From Octopus vulgaris (Eukaryota), in assembly GCA_951406725.2 (NCBI GenBank), contig OX597815.1, forward strand, positions 83,514,001 to 83,578,000: 64,000 bases of DNA. The letters are read 5' to 3'. Below, piece after piece: positions 27,095-43,987 of this stretch. Within the stretch, counting starts at the first letter, position 1. Every line of letters begins with the position of its first letter. A program made the translations under genes and the position numbers. The notes beneath the pieces are model-generated. The model did not search any database and was not told where the DNA came from. It worked only from the letters and a program-made list of their open reading frames with translations.

Positions 27095-27514
27095 GGCGCA
27101 GGAGTGGCTGTGTGGTAAGCAGCATGCTTACATGGTTCTGGGTTCAATCCCACTGCGTGGCACCTTGGGCAAGTGTCTTCTACTATAGCCTCAGGCCGAC
27201 CAAAGCCTTATGAGTGGATTTGGTTGACGGAAACTGAAAGAAGCCCGTCGTATATATATATATATATATATGTATATGTGTGGGTGCGTGTATGACTGTG
27301 TGTCTGTTTGTCCTCCCACCATCGCTTGACAACCGATGCTGGTGTGTTTACGTCCCCGTAACTTAGTGGTTCGGCAAAATGGACCGATATAATAAGTACT
27401 AAGCTTACAAAGAATAAGTCCAGGGGGCGATTTGATCGACTAAAAAAAGGTGGTGCTCCAGCATGGCCGCGGTCAAATGACTAAAGCAAGTAAAAGAAGA
27501 AAAGAGTAAAAGAA
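27095..27514 (+). mobile_element. Full-length tRNA-derived SINE with internal TA/TG microsatellite
   Basis: A box tggctgtgtggt, B box ggttcaatccc, CORE-like accttgggcaagtgtctt, and an (aaaag) tail. Confidence 0.9.
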
Positions 27515-27612
27515 TATAATTAAAATTACTAGCTACAATTTATTCTTTGCAACAAATCAGTCGATTTTTGCCATCAAACAGGAACGCTAATTCAAAATTT
27601 CATATAAAAGAA

Positions 27613-27760
27613 CCCTTTCTATTATAGGTACAAGGCCTGAAATTTGGGGAAGGGGGATAGTCGCTTACATCGACATCAGTACTCAATTATGGACCCCGAG
27701 AGAATGAAAGGTAAAGTCGACCTTGGCAGAATTTGAACTCAGGGCGTAGCGACGAGCGAA
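27613..27760 (-). mobile_element. SINE, second family, partial
   Basis: gaccccgagagaatgaaaggtaaagtcgaccttggcagaatttgaactcag, homologous to 24856-25076. Confidence 0.75.
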
Positions 27761-28984
27761 TTTCATATAAGAACGGTTGGAAGAAATTTGATCCCATAGC
27801 AAATATGGCAGCGATTATTTTTAAATAAAAGGAATAGTAAAATAATACCGTTCACGTTTATTTTCAAAACAAGGTTCACAAGACCGGAAACATCAACAAA
27901 ATTTCGAAACATTTGCAATAATCACAATAGTTATGAAAGAACTAAGGAAGGGCCTCTAAATTACGTTACACATAATTTAGCATGTGCGTGTAATAAAAGC
28001 GTTATTACAAAGATATGTCCCACCTTCTTTAATCGTTAACAAAAAGGGACTCAGATACTCTGAATGTGCTAAGGCACCTACTCGAAAATTTGCTGTGGGA
28101 TGTTTGAATACCTCGATATCATTGGGGTTTTAGGATATGATCAAAATTTACGGAGAAAAATACTGACCCATTCGAGGGCCTTAACTTAGGTTCTGATTCG
28201 GAAATTAAACATTAGTTATGTTGGTTCAGTTGCAGAAATATGCATTTATTTCCATGTTATGTGCCTCTTTACTTCTTGATGGATACACCAAATAATATTT
28301 AACTGCTTTGATTATTGTCGCAGAACAATATTAGTGAAGTGATACGAACCTGTTCCTTTTTACTTTTAGCTTTTCGATTCTCTATAAGCTATAATATAAC
28401 ATCAGTTGTTATCCATTTCAATGTCAAACAGTTTGCAAACCTTACGAAGATTTAGGATATTAATATTGTGCTGGTTTAAGAAATTAATAATCTGTGAATT
28501 CCAGGTTTCTTACCGATTTACCTGTCAAATATCAGCATACATTCAGTATATATTATGCAGCTTGAAAGAGACCGCAACGTGAAAAATATGCGCCTTAACT
28601 ATATGAAATGTAGGAATGAAATGCACAAATCTTTCTTCAAGGAAAGTACAAAGCCATTTTATACTACTGATGGATGCAATAGATTTCAGTTAATTACTCT
28701 GGTATATTATTACTAGAATATTTACCGACACCAGAAAGATGAAAGTCGATGTTGATTTAGGCAATCATATAACGTATTATGCCAGAAATATCTGACACTT
28801 TTGCTCTACTATCTTCGCCAGCTTGTCGTCTTAAGGTTTTCTATATTATTGTATACATAATATAGTAATTGTCACAATTCTGAAAATTATTGCAAAATAT
28901 ACATGAACACGTGCACATATTCCTCGTGTGTATTTGATAAGAATCAGGGTGAATATATGCTAACGACGACAAGGTCGTCGACGC

Positions 28985-29003
28985 TGATGATTGATGATGA
29001 TAT

Positions 29004-29054
<51 letters not shown>

Positions 29055-29126
29055 CGACGTCGACGACGACGACGATGACGATGACGACGACGACGATGAT
29101 GATGATGATGATGATGATAATGATGG

Positions 29127-29169
<43 letters not shown>

Positions 29170-29170
29170 A
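28985..29170. repeat. (GAT/GAC)n microsatellite
   Basis: Direct inspection of the sequence. Confidence 0.97.
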
Positions 29171-30777
29171 GGAGGAAGATGGAGGTCTGAATCAACCGTT
29201 CAATTTTCCCATGTAAGTTAACTATAGGGTAGTAACTATTAAATATGCTAGTCATGTAATATATATTTAGATAATGGAAGGTCGGACACGTCCAAAATTT
29301 TTGTTTAACGTTATTAATAGATTTTGAGGAAGAAAAGAATTTCTATTCACCGTTATTTTAAGTAATATTTGGCATTGGTAACACATATTTGCAATGTTTT
29401 GATATTGCTAGGGTGGCGAGCTGGCAGAATTGTTAGCTCAGGCAAAATGTTTCTTAGATAATTTGGTAACTTTATTTGCTTTTTCCAAACATTTTCCAAT
29501 AATTCTTTAGGATTTATTTCAAACAATAATTCATAATCAAGGTCCACATATATACCAATGATTTCATATCTTCAGATATAAAAATACTATTCCGAAATAT
29601 GTTATTCAGAATTGCAATTTTTTCTTATTTGAATGATTTATCTTATTTTCTATGTATAATTCCAGATTTTGATCTGAAAATAGTATTGTTTTCTTCCAAA
29701 TGCTGTACGTTTGAAAACATTATAAGGAATATTCAAATTTCTACGACCCAATGGATTTTTAACTAATCTTCTTTACTTCGAAGAACTATCTGGATTATTC
29801 ATGTTTCAGTAATTGTAACATAATTGCAAAGAATAGAATAAACTTCTGCGACACTTTCCTAACTTGTCAATTACTGAGGGTTGAATCATAAAAGTCGAGA
29901 TGTTTTTATTAACAGCCATTTCGTTAAAATCACCTCATCACTAAGATCAATAATGACTGAGTAAATGTTTTTATTATATTTTCACTAATCATCGCAAACA
30001 CTCACAAATAGAAAGAACCTTTAATTATATTGACTAGACACAATTTTTTCAAGCATCGTGCAATTCACTTTTAAGTTTACTGGACAATAAATGGCGTCCG
30101 TGTCTTATGCAATGAATATTATGTACATGAAGGCATTTTTCCTCGTGCATAGCGGTAAACTCTGTGAAGGCTAATCATTAAAGAAGCATCATCAGCAACC
30201 ATGGCTATAAAAATCTAGTTTTTTTCAAATTGTTTCTTCAAATAATATCTTATCTACATTTGGTATTACATTTTAGTACATAGCAAGCAAACAAATGTTA
30301 TATCTACTATAAGCCTGGTCTGCAAAACTTCACACTGGCCATAGCAATATTGAACCTTCTGAAAGTAAACTCCACGAGTTCAAACAAATTCTTGAAATGT
30401 CGATTCTTAGTTATCAATGAGTGTTCTACAAAGGCCATCTCGTTAATGCATCGTCACTCTGTATCCATACTTACATGTATTTTAGAACATCTTAAAATTC
30501 TTTTCTATATCACAGCTTTCATTACTTTTTTAAACACTAGGATTATAGTCTTCTCACCAACATCTTACTGTCCTTTGTTTTCTATATTGTGCAACTAGAT
30601 GTATGCTGTGTTCAGTATACCTTCATCGTCGACATAATAGCAACAGTGAAGAATGCCTTTAAATTTAGTCAATTTCGTTTTCGTTTCAGCTCTTTAAAAA
30701 AATAACTCGGTATATTTCAGATGAGAGATGATAATTTGAAGCTGATCTGTCTATTCAAATTTTCATGTCAACGTTAA

Positions 30778-31043
30778 TGATTTGGTTGTCGTTATCGTCT
30801 CCGTATTTTTTTGATAATAACACTTTCAGGCAGAATCAAAACATTTCATTTAGTTTATTTCTTCGTATGAACGTAACAGTATCCTTTAAAAATATTAAAT
30901 ATATAGGCGCAGGTGTGGCTGTGTGGTAAGCAGCATGCTTATATGGTTCTGGGTTCAGTCCCACTGTGTGGCACCTTGGGCAAATGTCTTCTACTATAGC
31001 CTCGGGCCGATTAAAGCCTTGTGAGTGTATTTGGTAGACGGAA
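30778..31043 (+). repeat. Local duplicate of 26954-27232 (flank plus SINE 5' half), bounded by a 69-bp direct repeat
   Basis: Shares the unique upstream flank with the 27095 SINE. 30712-30780 is nearly identical to 31043-31111. Confidence 0.9.
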
Positions 31044-32679
31044 TATTTCAGATGAGAGATGATAATTTGAAGCTGTTCTGTCTATTCAAATTTTCGTCTC
31101 AACGTTAACGAAATCTTTTCAAAGAACAAGTATGTGAAGATACGTTTTAGGACATCTATTACACGACTAGAAGGCACTGTTTAGAACATTCATCGCACCA
31201 CTTCATATCCGCTATTGTCATTATACTTATTACATATTTTTTGACATAGGAAAGTCACAGCTATAGTTTTTCTTTATATGTTGTACAATAAATATTAGAC
31301 TCCCCACCAAACAAAATTAATTATCGTAATACTTATGGGGCTTGTTTTTAGTAATACAGAATCTGTCGAACGTTAAAAATTAGAGCGTGTGGTGGATGGA
31401 AAATTAAAATCAGTTTGTGGATTTGTAAATAGGAATAACATAAATAGGAATAGCATAAAATTGTCATAACTATGTTTCATTTTACGAAACAATAGTCGTA
31501 AAATAAATTAATGATTTACCAAATTATTAATCAATGAAAGGTTTTGAAATTGTCATCATTATATGTCTAGTTCGTTTTTACACTAATGTCAGATTTTGAC
31601 GGCTAAAAATCAATCAGTACCTTTTTTAACTGAAGCATTTATCGACCCGATAGATAGAATCATCTAACAGCTAGTGTTTGGATTAAACTTAGATTTCACA
31701 GTGAAATATATTCTTCTAATGTGGCCTTGAGAGTGGGCAGTTAGATAGAATGCACTCTTCAACCATAAAAAAGATTCTCACTACTAATATTATTATACGC
31801 TGTAGCTGCTGACAGAGTCTTTCAAAAACATAATTCGACCGAGGTCTAAGCATAACTTTCAAATAACATATCTGCTAGATTATGCTTTTATTCCTTGTTT
31901 ATGCCTGGTAAAAAAATATATATATATAATCGATAATATAATACATTGATTTTTAGAGGTTCTTATGCATGCTTTCCATCAATTACAATACTACTATGAA
32001 AATTATACTGATACTCTCCCTGTCATTAGAGAACTACTTAAATCCACATCTACGATCAGTTCTCCTATAAATGGCATCAAAAATATCAATACTTCTAACA
32101 CCAATAATAATAAGAAAGAAACTGCAATAATAAGCTCTCTTCAACTTACATTGACACGTGGCCACGTAACTGAATACAAATGGGTTATAATCGAAACTAT
32201 CGACTCCATTATGACTGGTCCTTCTTGTATCGATCCCAAAGAGTTGAAAGATAAATTTGGCTCTACTGATATCTAAATTCAAGACGTAGAGAGGAGGACA
32301 AAATACCTTACTACACTTCAAAGAGATTTTCATTATTTTGCTGCACTTTCGTCTCTCCATGGAACACCTCATGAGGTTTATTATCCTCGTTCATTTCATT
32401 GAATTAAGTTTCAGTCCAGCCATACGTTATTTTCCTAAGAGCATTAATAAATTAGATAGAGTTACAAGCGGAAGTCCTTTTGCTATGACTTGACCGGCCT
32501 ATTCATAAAACTATTACAATTACAGAATGCAAGATACTCTGAGAACAACGATTAAGAAGCAAAACCTATCCTGTCACTAGCAAGTTTCCGATAGTAAGTT
32601 GATAAATAAACGCATAAATATATAAAGCACAGCACTATTAACAACGAACGAGGTGGGAAAGTGCTGTTCAAAAATGCCT

Positions 32680-34170
32680 TTTGAACGTTTTCTCCTACTC
32701 CTTCAAAACATATGTATACTTAAAAGAATTGACATGCCAAATTGACTTGCTCGGACATACCAAACTGACTAGCTCGGATAAAGAAACTTCCAAGAAGCAG
32801 AAAAGTACAGACCCATTGCTTGACTAAACATTACACACATGCTTTACACAAGCTGTCTCAACAAATTCCTCTGGAATATTTGTAGGAGTATTAAGACGTG
32901 CCGGAAAAGTTGTCACAGCTGGTTTACCCGAAGTAAGAAAATGTCACAAAATCATTTCAATACTAAGGCTTGATTATAGGAAAGTATTCGACTTTATCCC
33001 TACCACATGGTTGCCGAAATCTTTGCACTGGGCAAAAGCATTTGAAACCTTAGCTGCAGCTATTGAGAGACCTGAATAACAGTTGGAACACCGGAAGGAA
33101 CGATCATCTCTATCGTTACACATATTTTAAAAGGAACATCTAAGAAGATAGTTTTTCTTTAATTTTTATTACTTTGGTATTAGATCCGTTTCTATTCCTT
33201 TTTTTATATTTTCTATAAAAACCTAATACAAGTGTCTGAAACTGCTAAAGATACCAATGTAACCGATAGTATCTATGTTGATAAAGATATCTACTTAAAA
33301 TATTTACAATGTAAAAAGCATCAGGTGTTTACACTATTTCCATCCGACGTAGAAGCGGCATTCGGCCAAAAGAAATGTTCTTGTTTGCTTACTGAACGTA
33401 GAAAAATAAGTCAACCGTAAACTAGAAAATAAAACAATATTAACATAAAAGGTAGTCTCTCCTAGACTTCAAACCGCTATATGGCAGCATATTCTGAAGG
33501 ACGTACTTTGTCATTCAAGAATAGAAAATAGCTACAAAGTACCTTATGAGCAAACGAGACGGAGAAGCCCTTCAATCACATATGTCGGCTATGGCATTGC
33601 CGTGTGGAGGAGGACATATGACATATAATAAGCCACGGTACAACAAATAACGATTTACTATCTCCTACTGCAACACAATGTTGTTGCTAAACAAATATAA
33701 ATGCCATCCACAGAAAAGACTACAATAGGATTCATATAAACAACACTCTGTTGTGGAATATATACACTCATATCAGCACAAGGAACATTAGTAGAACACT
33801 GCCATCAAAACTTCAACCAAGAGTATGCATAACATCCCTATCATAGATATTTGGGACAGAAAAGAGAAATTGTGTACATTCATAGAAGTCAACTTCCATG
33901 GAGTTGTGAACATCTCTTGCAAAATCGCTGTGATGGGGAATATTTATAGACAGCTGCTTCGATACCTCCAACTCCTCTATCCTGCTTCTAAGTTTACATT
34001 CATACAAATGATCATTGATGTCTTCTGTTATGTTAGTAAATACTGAAGCCATAATCTGGAGAAGCTTGGATTTTCAAGCAAAGAGGCCAGATAACACGAA
34101 CATTACTCTTACAATCTCTAAATGGAACAGTAAAAACATGCAAGACTTTATTAAATTTTGATATGCAATG
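32680..34170 (+). mobile_element. Highly decayed R4/Dong-like RLE LINE
   Basis: Fragments LDYRKVFDFIP (WLDY.KAFDS.P), HICRL...VEEDI*HIIS, and HNIPIIDIWDRKEKLCTFIEV (HNRPDI..WD). Confidence 0.65.
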
Positions 34171-34886
34171 ATGGTAATTGTATTAGTGTTCATATTAATC
34201 CTCTTTATTCGGTCCAACATTGAAAACAAATTTGTTACGTAACTGACACACTAATTCTGTCCTTTTCAGTGTATATTAGTAGATATATACCACCAAATCT
34301 TAAAATACATAGCAGTAAATTTTGTACTTTTGTACTCCCTTACAAAATGTATGTTTTAATTTAGATGGAAAGCAGTTCTTTTTTTGCTATGTAAAACATA
34401 CTTTGCACTTGAGTTGCTATCTCTGCAAATGTTGCAGAACGTGCACTCCACTCCTCTTTACTTCACATATTTAATATTCATGTCCTTGCAAATATCAGGT
34501 TTTGTAGCAAACAAGTTCATTCTCTAAAGACAACTGAGTGTGTATCGCTATAGGCACAGCTAGACGGTTGAGAATTTGGTTCCATATCTACGAGCGTAGC
34601 ACTTTGGACAAAGGCATTCTACCATAACATAATTTCGACCAGAATCGAGTAAGTTAAATTTTCTAGATTCAAATTGTACAGAAGCCTCTTGCAATCACCA
34701 CCTTATTCTTGAATAATTCACTGAATCCATCTCTCTATTTAACTTCACCAAATGGCACTTGAATGCTTTTATCGGAATCAACTGTGCTGCAAGAATTTAA
34801 GACCGTTTTCTGATCTGCGGATAACTTCCCACTTTCTTCATGGGCGCAGCATTTCTTCTTGTGACTGACTCATAGATATATAAGAA

Positions 34887-36038
<1,152 letters not shown>

Positions 36039-39000
36039 TAAAATAGCAACTACAACGCTCTTACTACAACCGTTGTGCTTACTAAGTTCACTGTAACTTC
36101 AATTCTTATAGCTTATTATATGTAGAAGTAACAGTGTTGTTCCTTTCCGTCAACGAAACTTTCCTCCTATACCATTGACATTCGGTCTTCAAAATGTAAT
36201 TTTTTTTATCTGTTTTAGTATCCTTCGAAGATTATGTCTGTCAATATATTTCTGTACCTTGCCAAAGAAAAATGCTTACATGAAATAACTTGCTTAAGGT
36301 ATAATACATATTTACCTGACCAAATCATTCAGTTTAAATACAGTACGATAAGTTCGTTGCCATGAAATCTAGAAGCCACGATTGCTATAAATGCGTTCAT
36401 GTTTTGAAATATAAAAAATTGATTTAGATATGTTTTCATTTTATATTCCAACATATATTGATGATGTGAATTTCGTATTTTAATCCCTGGGAAGAAGAAA
36501 CGGCGTAATACGGGTAGATTCAATAAAAGAAAGAAAATAAAAGGATGAGTAAAGTGGAATGTGGTCGAAAATAAGATAAAATACGATAAAATCTGTCAGC
36601 CTTCAAACAACTGATTTATAGATTTTTTTCACAACATATAGATGTTTTTGTAGCGTTTCATCTCCTAACATCCAACTTTAGTGCTGTCTATACTTACACT
36701 CCACAACCTCTTTACAAGCACCAACATTGATTTCACTCCGCTGGCAATTTCCATAGTCAGGTCTGTAGCCAAGTCGAGCGGAAGAGAATAAATATGGTTG
36801 CTGACACTTGCTGGCTTATACAATATTTCCATAAACTTCTTTGATGTTCTTTTTGTCAATGACGCCGTTCTTTTACATCTTTGACTCTCATAATATTAAC
36901 ATGAATGTGTTTCAGATCATGAGACGAACTCAGGAACAGAATAAACCTTAAGTCAGATCTAGTCACGTTACACGTATATTTCAGTGCTTAACTATAGCAT
37001 AATACGATTATTTAAAATAAGAAAATATCTCTCTGACATAACTGCTGGTAGTTCATATGTATATTTTAACGTGCAAAACGTCGCTTTAAAAACCTGATGC
37101 TTGACTTGTCTTACATAAATATTGATATTATTGGTATTTCCGCAGTTTTCTTTCCCTTTTCACATACACACACTCTCCATCCCACCCCCACACACATGAA
37201 GTAATTGCTACATCTGTTTTTCGATATCAAAATACTCAAGTATGCTGGAAACCAATTAAAGGCAAGATATAATTCCAGAATCAACATAAGCCCTTAAAGT
37301 TTATGAGAGATGGATATTAATAATTCAATAATATGTACTTATACAAACGAAATATACGTCTATAAAATGTATTATTTTCACCATAGATTACATATTGATG
37401 CAGTAAAAATTATAACTTCTTTTCTGTCAAGTGAATAATGTTACGATATCCGATATGAACTGAATAGAGTGAAACTTGTGTATACAAACAAACTGTATTA
37501 TTCCCCTATATGTTTAAAACTCAGGAGAAATGATTTTGCCTATATTACTCGCAAGCCAACCCAGACTGTTACTCTGCTTCAGTTTCAGGTCGATATTTAT
37601 CATAGAAATGTAGCCAGGCGATGGTTGAATGGCAGAATTAAGGAGCCTAAAGAGACTGATGAAGGGAAAAAGAAGCAGAAGGTTTGTCAGAGATCTTTGA
37701 AGTTTGATAGAGTAGAAACTGATACTTTAGCGCTGCTGTGTTACAGTTTCTCTATCGTTGTGGTTCTGAATGTGAGCTAGAATTTTTCAGTAGGCATAAC
37801 AGCGCATATACCTATTTAGCAAGAGGGAATAATTTGTCAGTAGTCCGTGGGGAATACCTCAGGAAAGAACTAATCATAGATTTTATAGTTGTACAAATTG
37901 GTATTGTTGATAGAATTAAGAACATTTCGGTTTGATGCTAATAGAATGAAATTCCTCTCTCATAACTGTTTTGCAACATCTAAATATGTATAATTCTATG
38001 TAGATGTTATAACTCTTTATTCAACCTTAAGCATATTGCACGCATGTTAAATGATCATAGGACACCCATTAATTTTGTAGTCTCTCGCTACAGGTTTGGT
38101 ATAATTTGTTCACGTTGCATTTTCTTTATAGGCAACTTTTGTAGTTTTGTCTGTCAGCAAACTGCCAGCACTACAAAGCATAATCTTGCTCCTATTAAGG
38201 AAATGATTTAGTACCGCAATATTTCTGATCACGAACAAAATGAAGTTTCTGGGTTTCCCGTCTGATGATAACCCATAAGTTGTAGTTTCTTATCTGTTTT
38301 TTTCCCAACCTGCTACAACTATCTAGTGTAAAATTGATAGGTAGCCAGCATTTCTCTGAATAAACAATAAACACTTAAGAGCTTTAAAACCGCTACAGAT
38401 ACCAAGTTTTACTGTCACCGATTATTTGATCTGACGATAGTTTGTACACAACATTTTATTTCGCGTCTAGAATAAACGTCAGTACGGATCAGTTCTTAAA
38501 TATCTGAAAACTACCTAAAAAGCTCAAGTAAGAGATGCAATGATTATGATTCCTATATCAGCGACGATACCGCAAAAATTCGAGATTGCGTTTCGGCTAA
38601 TCATTTAGGGGTTAGTTATACTCGATGAATGTACTGGAAGTCATATATATCAACTGGATAATGTGTTTCTTAGTTATGAGCATTCGAAAAAATCAAGGTG
38701 GTCATGGCTAGAATGCCTTTAGTTTATATGTCCGCCCTAGTAAGTCTGATTGTGGGGAACACAACTGCAGCCTTACTTGAAAGATTAACCGACTTATCGA
38801 AGATGACTTACCTACAAATACATAAACTACCATTAGAGAACCATTTGACCCTCACTCTGTTTACACTGTTGCTTATACAATGTGATAAACTGAATCACTT
38901 TGAACCAGATCAGCTCAACACAGATCTCTCCCCTCTTTTCTCAGCCCTACTGTATTGTATCATTAAGATCGCGTTAACAATTTTATTTAATTATTACTCA

Positions 39001-39389
39001 TCAGATCTTCCCGCAACCAAAATTAGTTTTCTACAATTTTTTTCGGACGACGATTTAATATATTTTGAAGCTGAACATTGACAACGGATCTCGAGTCTGA
39101 GAGGATCTGAGAAGCTCATTGCTACTACCTAATCTTGGTCGTTCAGGAATTCAAGGCATTAACGGAGTTAGGTTGTACCTTATATGGGACATGCATTTTG
39201 ACTAATTTATCAGTTATAAGCTTTAGAATGTGTCGGTAGAGCGAAAATTCATGGGCTATAGTTCCAGGATTATGTATCTTATGACTGATAAGAAAAACAG
39301 TATTCTTCCTGCTATTTGGTTAAAGAAAGCGCTAGTCAGGTGTTCATAATCTCTGATTTACTGATTCCCTCTCAACATCTTCATCTTTC

Positions 39390-39623
39390 TCATGATCATG
39401 ATCATCATCATATCATCATCATCATCATCATCACCATCTTCTTCTTCATCTTCTTCATCTTCTTCGTCTTCTTCTTCTTCTTCTTCTTCTTCTTCTTCTT
39501 CTTCTTCTTCTTCTTCTTCTTCTTCTTCTTCTTCTTCATCATCATCATCGTCAATATCCTCCTCCTCATCATCATCATTATCACCATCATCATCATCATC
39601 ATCATCACCATATCATCATCATC

Positions 39624-39655
<32 letters not shown>

Positions 39656-39773
39656 CATCCCCATCATATTCCTATTCATATTCGTATTCATTTTCCTCAT
39701 ATTCATATTCATCTACTACTACAGGGGCTACTGCTGCTGCAATAGTTGCTGCAGTTGTTATCGTAGCAGTTGC

Positions 39774-39805
<32 letters not shown>

Positions 39806-39855
39806 ATGATAATGATGACAACGACGACGACGACGACGGCGACGGCGATGATGAT
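39390..39855. repeat. Compound (CAT)n/(CTT)n/(GCT)n/(GAT)n microsatellite
   Basis: Direct inspection of the sequence. Confidence 0.97.
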
Positions 39856-42800
39856 AGCTCTAGAGGTTATTATTGACCTATGATCAATTGTATTCCAGCA
39901 GAGAACATGCGGCATAATAAGGAGATTTAGAATTATTTTATCTCATCTGCCTTCAGCACTTTGAAGATGTTACGGAACTGAAGGAGATTTGGCGGTTGTT
40001 TCGAACTCCGTTTTTGGTTTAGGATCCCTGAATTTCAATATAATAGTTAATCATTCTGCGCTTCATTAAATAATTTCCGCTTCGCTCTATGAATCAGAGG
40101 CAAAATAACCTGCTGGTGGATCAATGTTATTTAAGGTCCTGCTCTCTACATGCAGAAATTTTAGTTTTATAAGGACGAAAATATTAAAGAAATTCCAGGG
40201 ATTAGAATATTCACCCAAAGTTCAATATCTCTACAAATGATAACAAATTTAAAAGCTTTTATTAATATTATATCATGATATATTCTAAGATGAGAGAAAG
40301 TTTGGCTCTATATCCAGTTGTAGTGAAAGATTTTTGTGAATCCCTTTAGTAAGTGATCAGTGGATACATTAATGGTTACCTTTGTGGTTTATTTTTCTGT
40401 TGTTGAGTCTGGGATTTTCATGTTCTTGTTGGCACGCTCAAGGAGCTTAACAAAATATTTTCTTTATTAATTTTGGAGTTGCAGTTTTGGGTTTGACAGA
40501 GACAATGTCAGTGACTATTTCATTGGAGAAAAAAGCTGCCGCCTTATCAACATTCTGTGGTTTCTTCATGCAAGACATGATGAGTTATCTGGATCAGACG
40601 ATGCTAAAGGAGAGAAAGGCGGTGTGTCTTCGCATGTATGCTTTTGTTTGTGATTTGCAGGTAACGAAAGCATATCTGGGAGACGTTTTGTAAGTATTGG
40701 TGCCACATCGACTTGTAGAATTACTATTTCTGTGCCGTTAATGAAGATTCAGTTCATGGAGGTTGATGGTGGTACTAGAGCGGCCATTGCCGTTGTTGTT
40801 GTTGCTATTGTTACCATTGACTTTGTTGCTGTAACTGCTGTTTTTTCTCCTGGTGATTGTCTTTGTTGTATTTGTGACAACGGACTGAGGAGGAATTATG
40901 GTCATGCTTCTTCTGCTTGATATTTTGTGTAGAAAACTCTGAAATTCTTATTGGTACCTTATAAGGGGCATCTGACTAAAAGCATTCTGTCATCCACTTC
41001 CAAAATCCGTTGTCTAATGTTTGTTAGAGTAAGTCAAGCATTTTCTCCACACATGCCCGATCTGTCAGTGCCAGGAAATCCATTCAACTCCTCGACTAGT
41101 TCTTGTGAAACGTTCGTACATGTATGAGGTGCTCTTCATCACGTTTGAATTATAACACAGTCGCAAGCAGCTACCAGATATTTATCTCAGTTGTCTTATC
41201 CATCATGTTCACTTAATACAGACATATGATACTATCAGAAGAAATGAAGATAAAATTTTCTCTTGTCCATGGTATTCATTTTAATTGCTACTCGCCCGAA
41301 CTATATCATCTTTCATAGAATTTGGTCTCAAGATCTCCTTTTGATACTCATCGACTTCTGCGTGTGTCGTTTATCAACAAACCAGCTTTGTTACTCGTAT
41401 ATATTTGAACCCAACAGTACAAATATGCCGATTTATTTTACTATAAAAACCTGGTGGAATAGTTATGCTGACATATCTTCTCCTAGACTCTATATCATTC
41501 TCCAATTCTGTGGTGTCTAAATGACCAGCTGCTTTATACCAGTTCGGTACTACGATTGTAGGTGAAGTGAGTGTTAGTAGATTAAATAATCAACAACAGT
41601 TGACTCTTATTTTATAGACGCCGAAATGATGAAAAGAAAAGTTAACGGCAGTGGGATTCCAATTCTGTATTGAAAGAGTCAGATCAGACCCTTCGACATA
41701 ATGATCCGACGATCCGTTGTACTTACAATCAATTCTAGCATAGGTACAGAAGCCAGAAACTTGCGTTGGGCACAAGAACTGTTTTTTCTTTCTTTTTTTA
41801 ACATAGACAGGACTTCAATAGTTTTTATTTCACAGCTGCTGGAAGGATGAAAGTTAAGTTCAGATCGGCGGTATTTAAATTCAGAAAGTAAGCTGGAATA
41901 AGTATTATGAGACATGTATGCCTCTCTAACAAATCTGCCGCTCAATGGAATAATAACAATAATAAAAATGATAACAACAACAACGACGACGACGATGATG
42001 ATGATGGTGATAATGGTATTCAAAAATATAATTATCGATATTGTTAATATATTTGTCGAGTGCGTTCGTAATTTATATATGTTAGTTTAGCAATATTGAT
42101 ATGAAAAGTTTATCTTTATTTATCAATGATCTTTTTCTTCGCCTCTAATTATAAGATACATATAATTCTATTGATGTTATTGATACTATTCTCAACGGAA
42201 TCAATAAAATTGTACTAGATATGTACTGCAATGTTTGAATCGATCACCTTCCAAAATCTGCGTCCTGTATCAAATATTCGTAACTTGCACCCTCAAAATA
42301 TTTTATATATATTTTTTTTATGTATGCCATTACTAATTTAAGTTCATCGAATCTTTGTAGTAAGTAGAAGTGTGGACTGTTGAGCTGAATACTATTTTAA
42401 TTTTTTCATTCTATAAGTGAAATGTTGTGTTTTAATACCACTGTCAATGACATTCATTATTTCAGTTTTGACAAATGATGCACCAAGGATAGATTAGTTT
42501 TTTACCAGTCAAAAAATATTGTCATTGATGCAATACAAGAGCCAATAATTATTTTATTTGCAACAGTATTGTTGTTATTCCTGTTGATGTGTTATAAGAT
42601 AGTGATTTGATGATTGTCACATTACGAACTGTCGATTATATCGATTGTTAGCCTGTACTCATCTTATATTCTCAGCAACGATGGCAGGTCTCAAACTGAG
42701 ATAGGAAAAGGATGTAAATTAACAAGGAAAGATAATTTTGTTCGATTCCACAGACTCTGCCAAACCATTTCCCTTAGGTTGTTATCGATGACTTGCAGTA

Positions 42801-43919
42801 TTTTATAAACCAAAAATTCCTAACTATTTTGAAATGAAAAACATCCAATGTGTCGGGTACAGCAGCTATATATTAAGGAGTTATTAATTGAGAGGAAATT
42901 AGAACAGAAAATGTCATCAAGTTAATACTTAAATATTTTGCTTAACCATTAACTTTTACGAGGAAAATCAATTCGTAATCTGGATTCTGGCATGGCGATT
43001 CCCTTCCTTATAAACCAGTCGACTGATGCTGCTACAAATCTCTAGTCGAACAAGAGTAAATCTTTCAATTTTATGACTACGTTTGCATACACAAATCACA
43101 CAACATGTATATACAAGGTGCTGTAAGAAACACTGACAATGGCTTGGATTAAAGCTCATCATCGAATAACAGACAAGTACTTATGATTCAGCTGCAACCA
43201 CAATTACAAGAAAGATAACAGACTGCATTAATTATATTCAAACAATGACTAAAAGCTAAAACTTGACTAACTTCACGTGTAGGGCATGAAATGTATTACA
43301 AATTCTTTGTCATTCTGTTTAAAAATATACAAATGTCACCTGTAAAAGATAAATAGTGAACAAAATTTAACAGAAACAAAAACTGACTTTTTAATAAACA
43401 TCTGAAGATATTTCAGTGAATATCGAGCTGTCGTAACAAAAAAAAAAAATACTATGTAGAAAACATGTCAAACCTTTCATTAAATAATAGTAGAAAGAAC
43501 CAATATGGGCAGATTCTCGCCATAGTAGATAGAGCTCAATGCGTGATCAATTACATGCGGAATGGATAATTAAACCTCAGTCATAACACGTCACTTATTC
43601 AGCAATAGAGAACGGATAAAATGGTACATCACTGGCAATTATTCTGGACAAGTAGGTGAACAGAGTTAATGTAAAATGAAAAGAGTAGAGATAATACCAA
43701 GAATGAGAGCGAAACGCAAACCCAATTTTAACTGAAAATCTATGGCAGATAAGTCACTGGTTTTCTACATGTAATGACAGCATGATACTACATCAAAGAA
43801 CTTATGAATATCAAAAAGGTAAAGATCAAAAGAGATCTGCATATGCATGTGTGCATCGATGTTATGCATGTATGAATGTATGTATATGTATATATAAATA
43901 TATATATATGCATATGTCT

Positions 43920-43987
<68 letters not shown>

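Noticed and set aside
29350-30700. Possible decayed hAT transposase on the - strand
   Set aside because: Only faint motif resemblance and no TIRs. It cannot be supported without a profile search.
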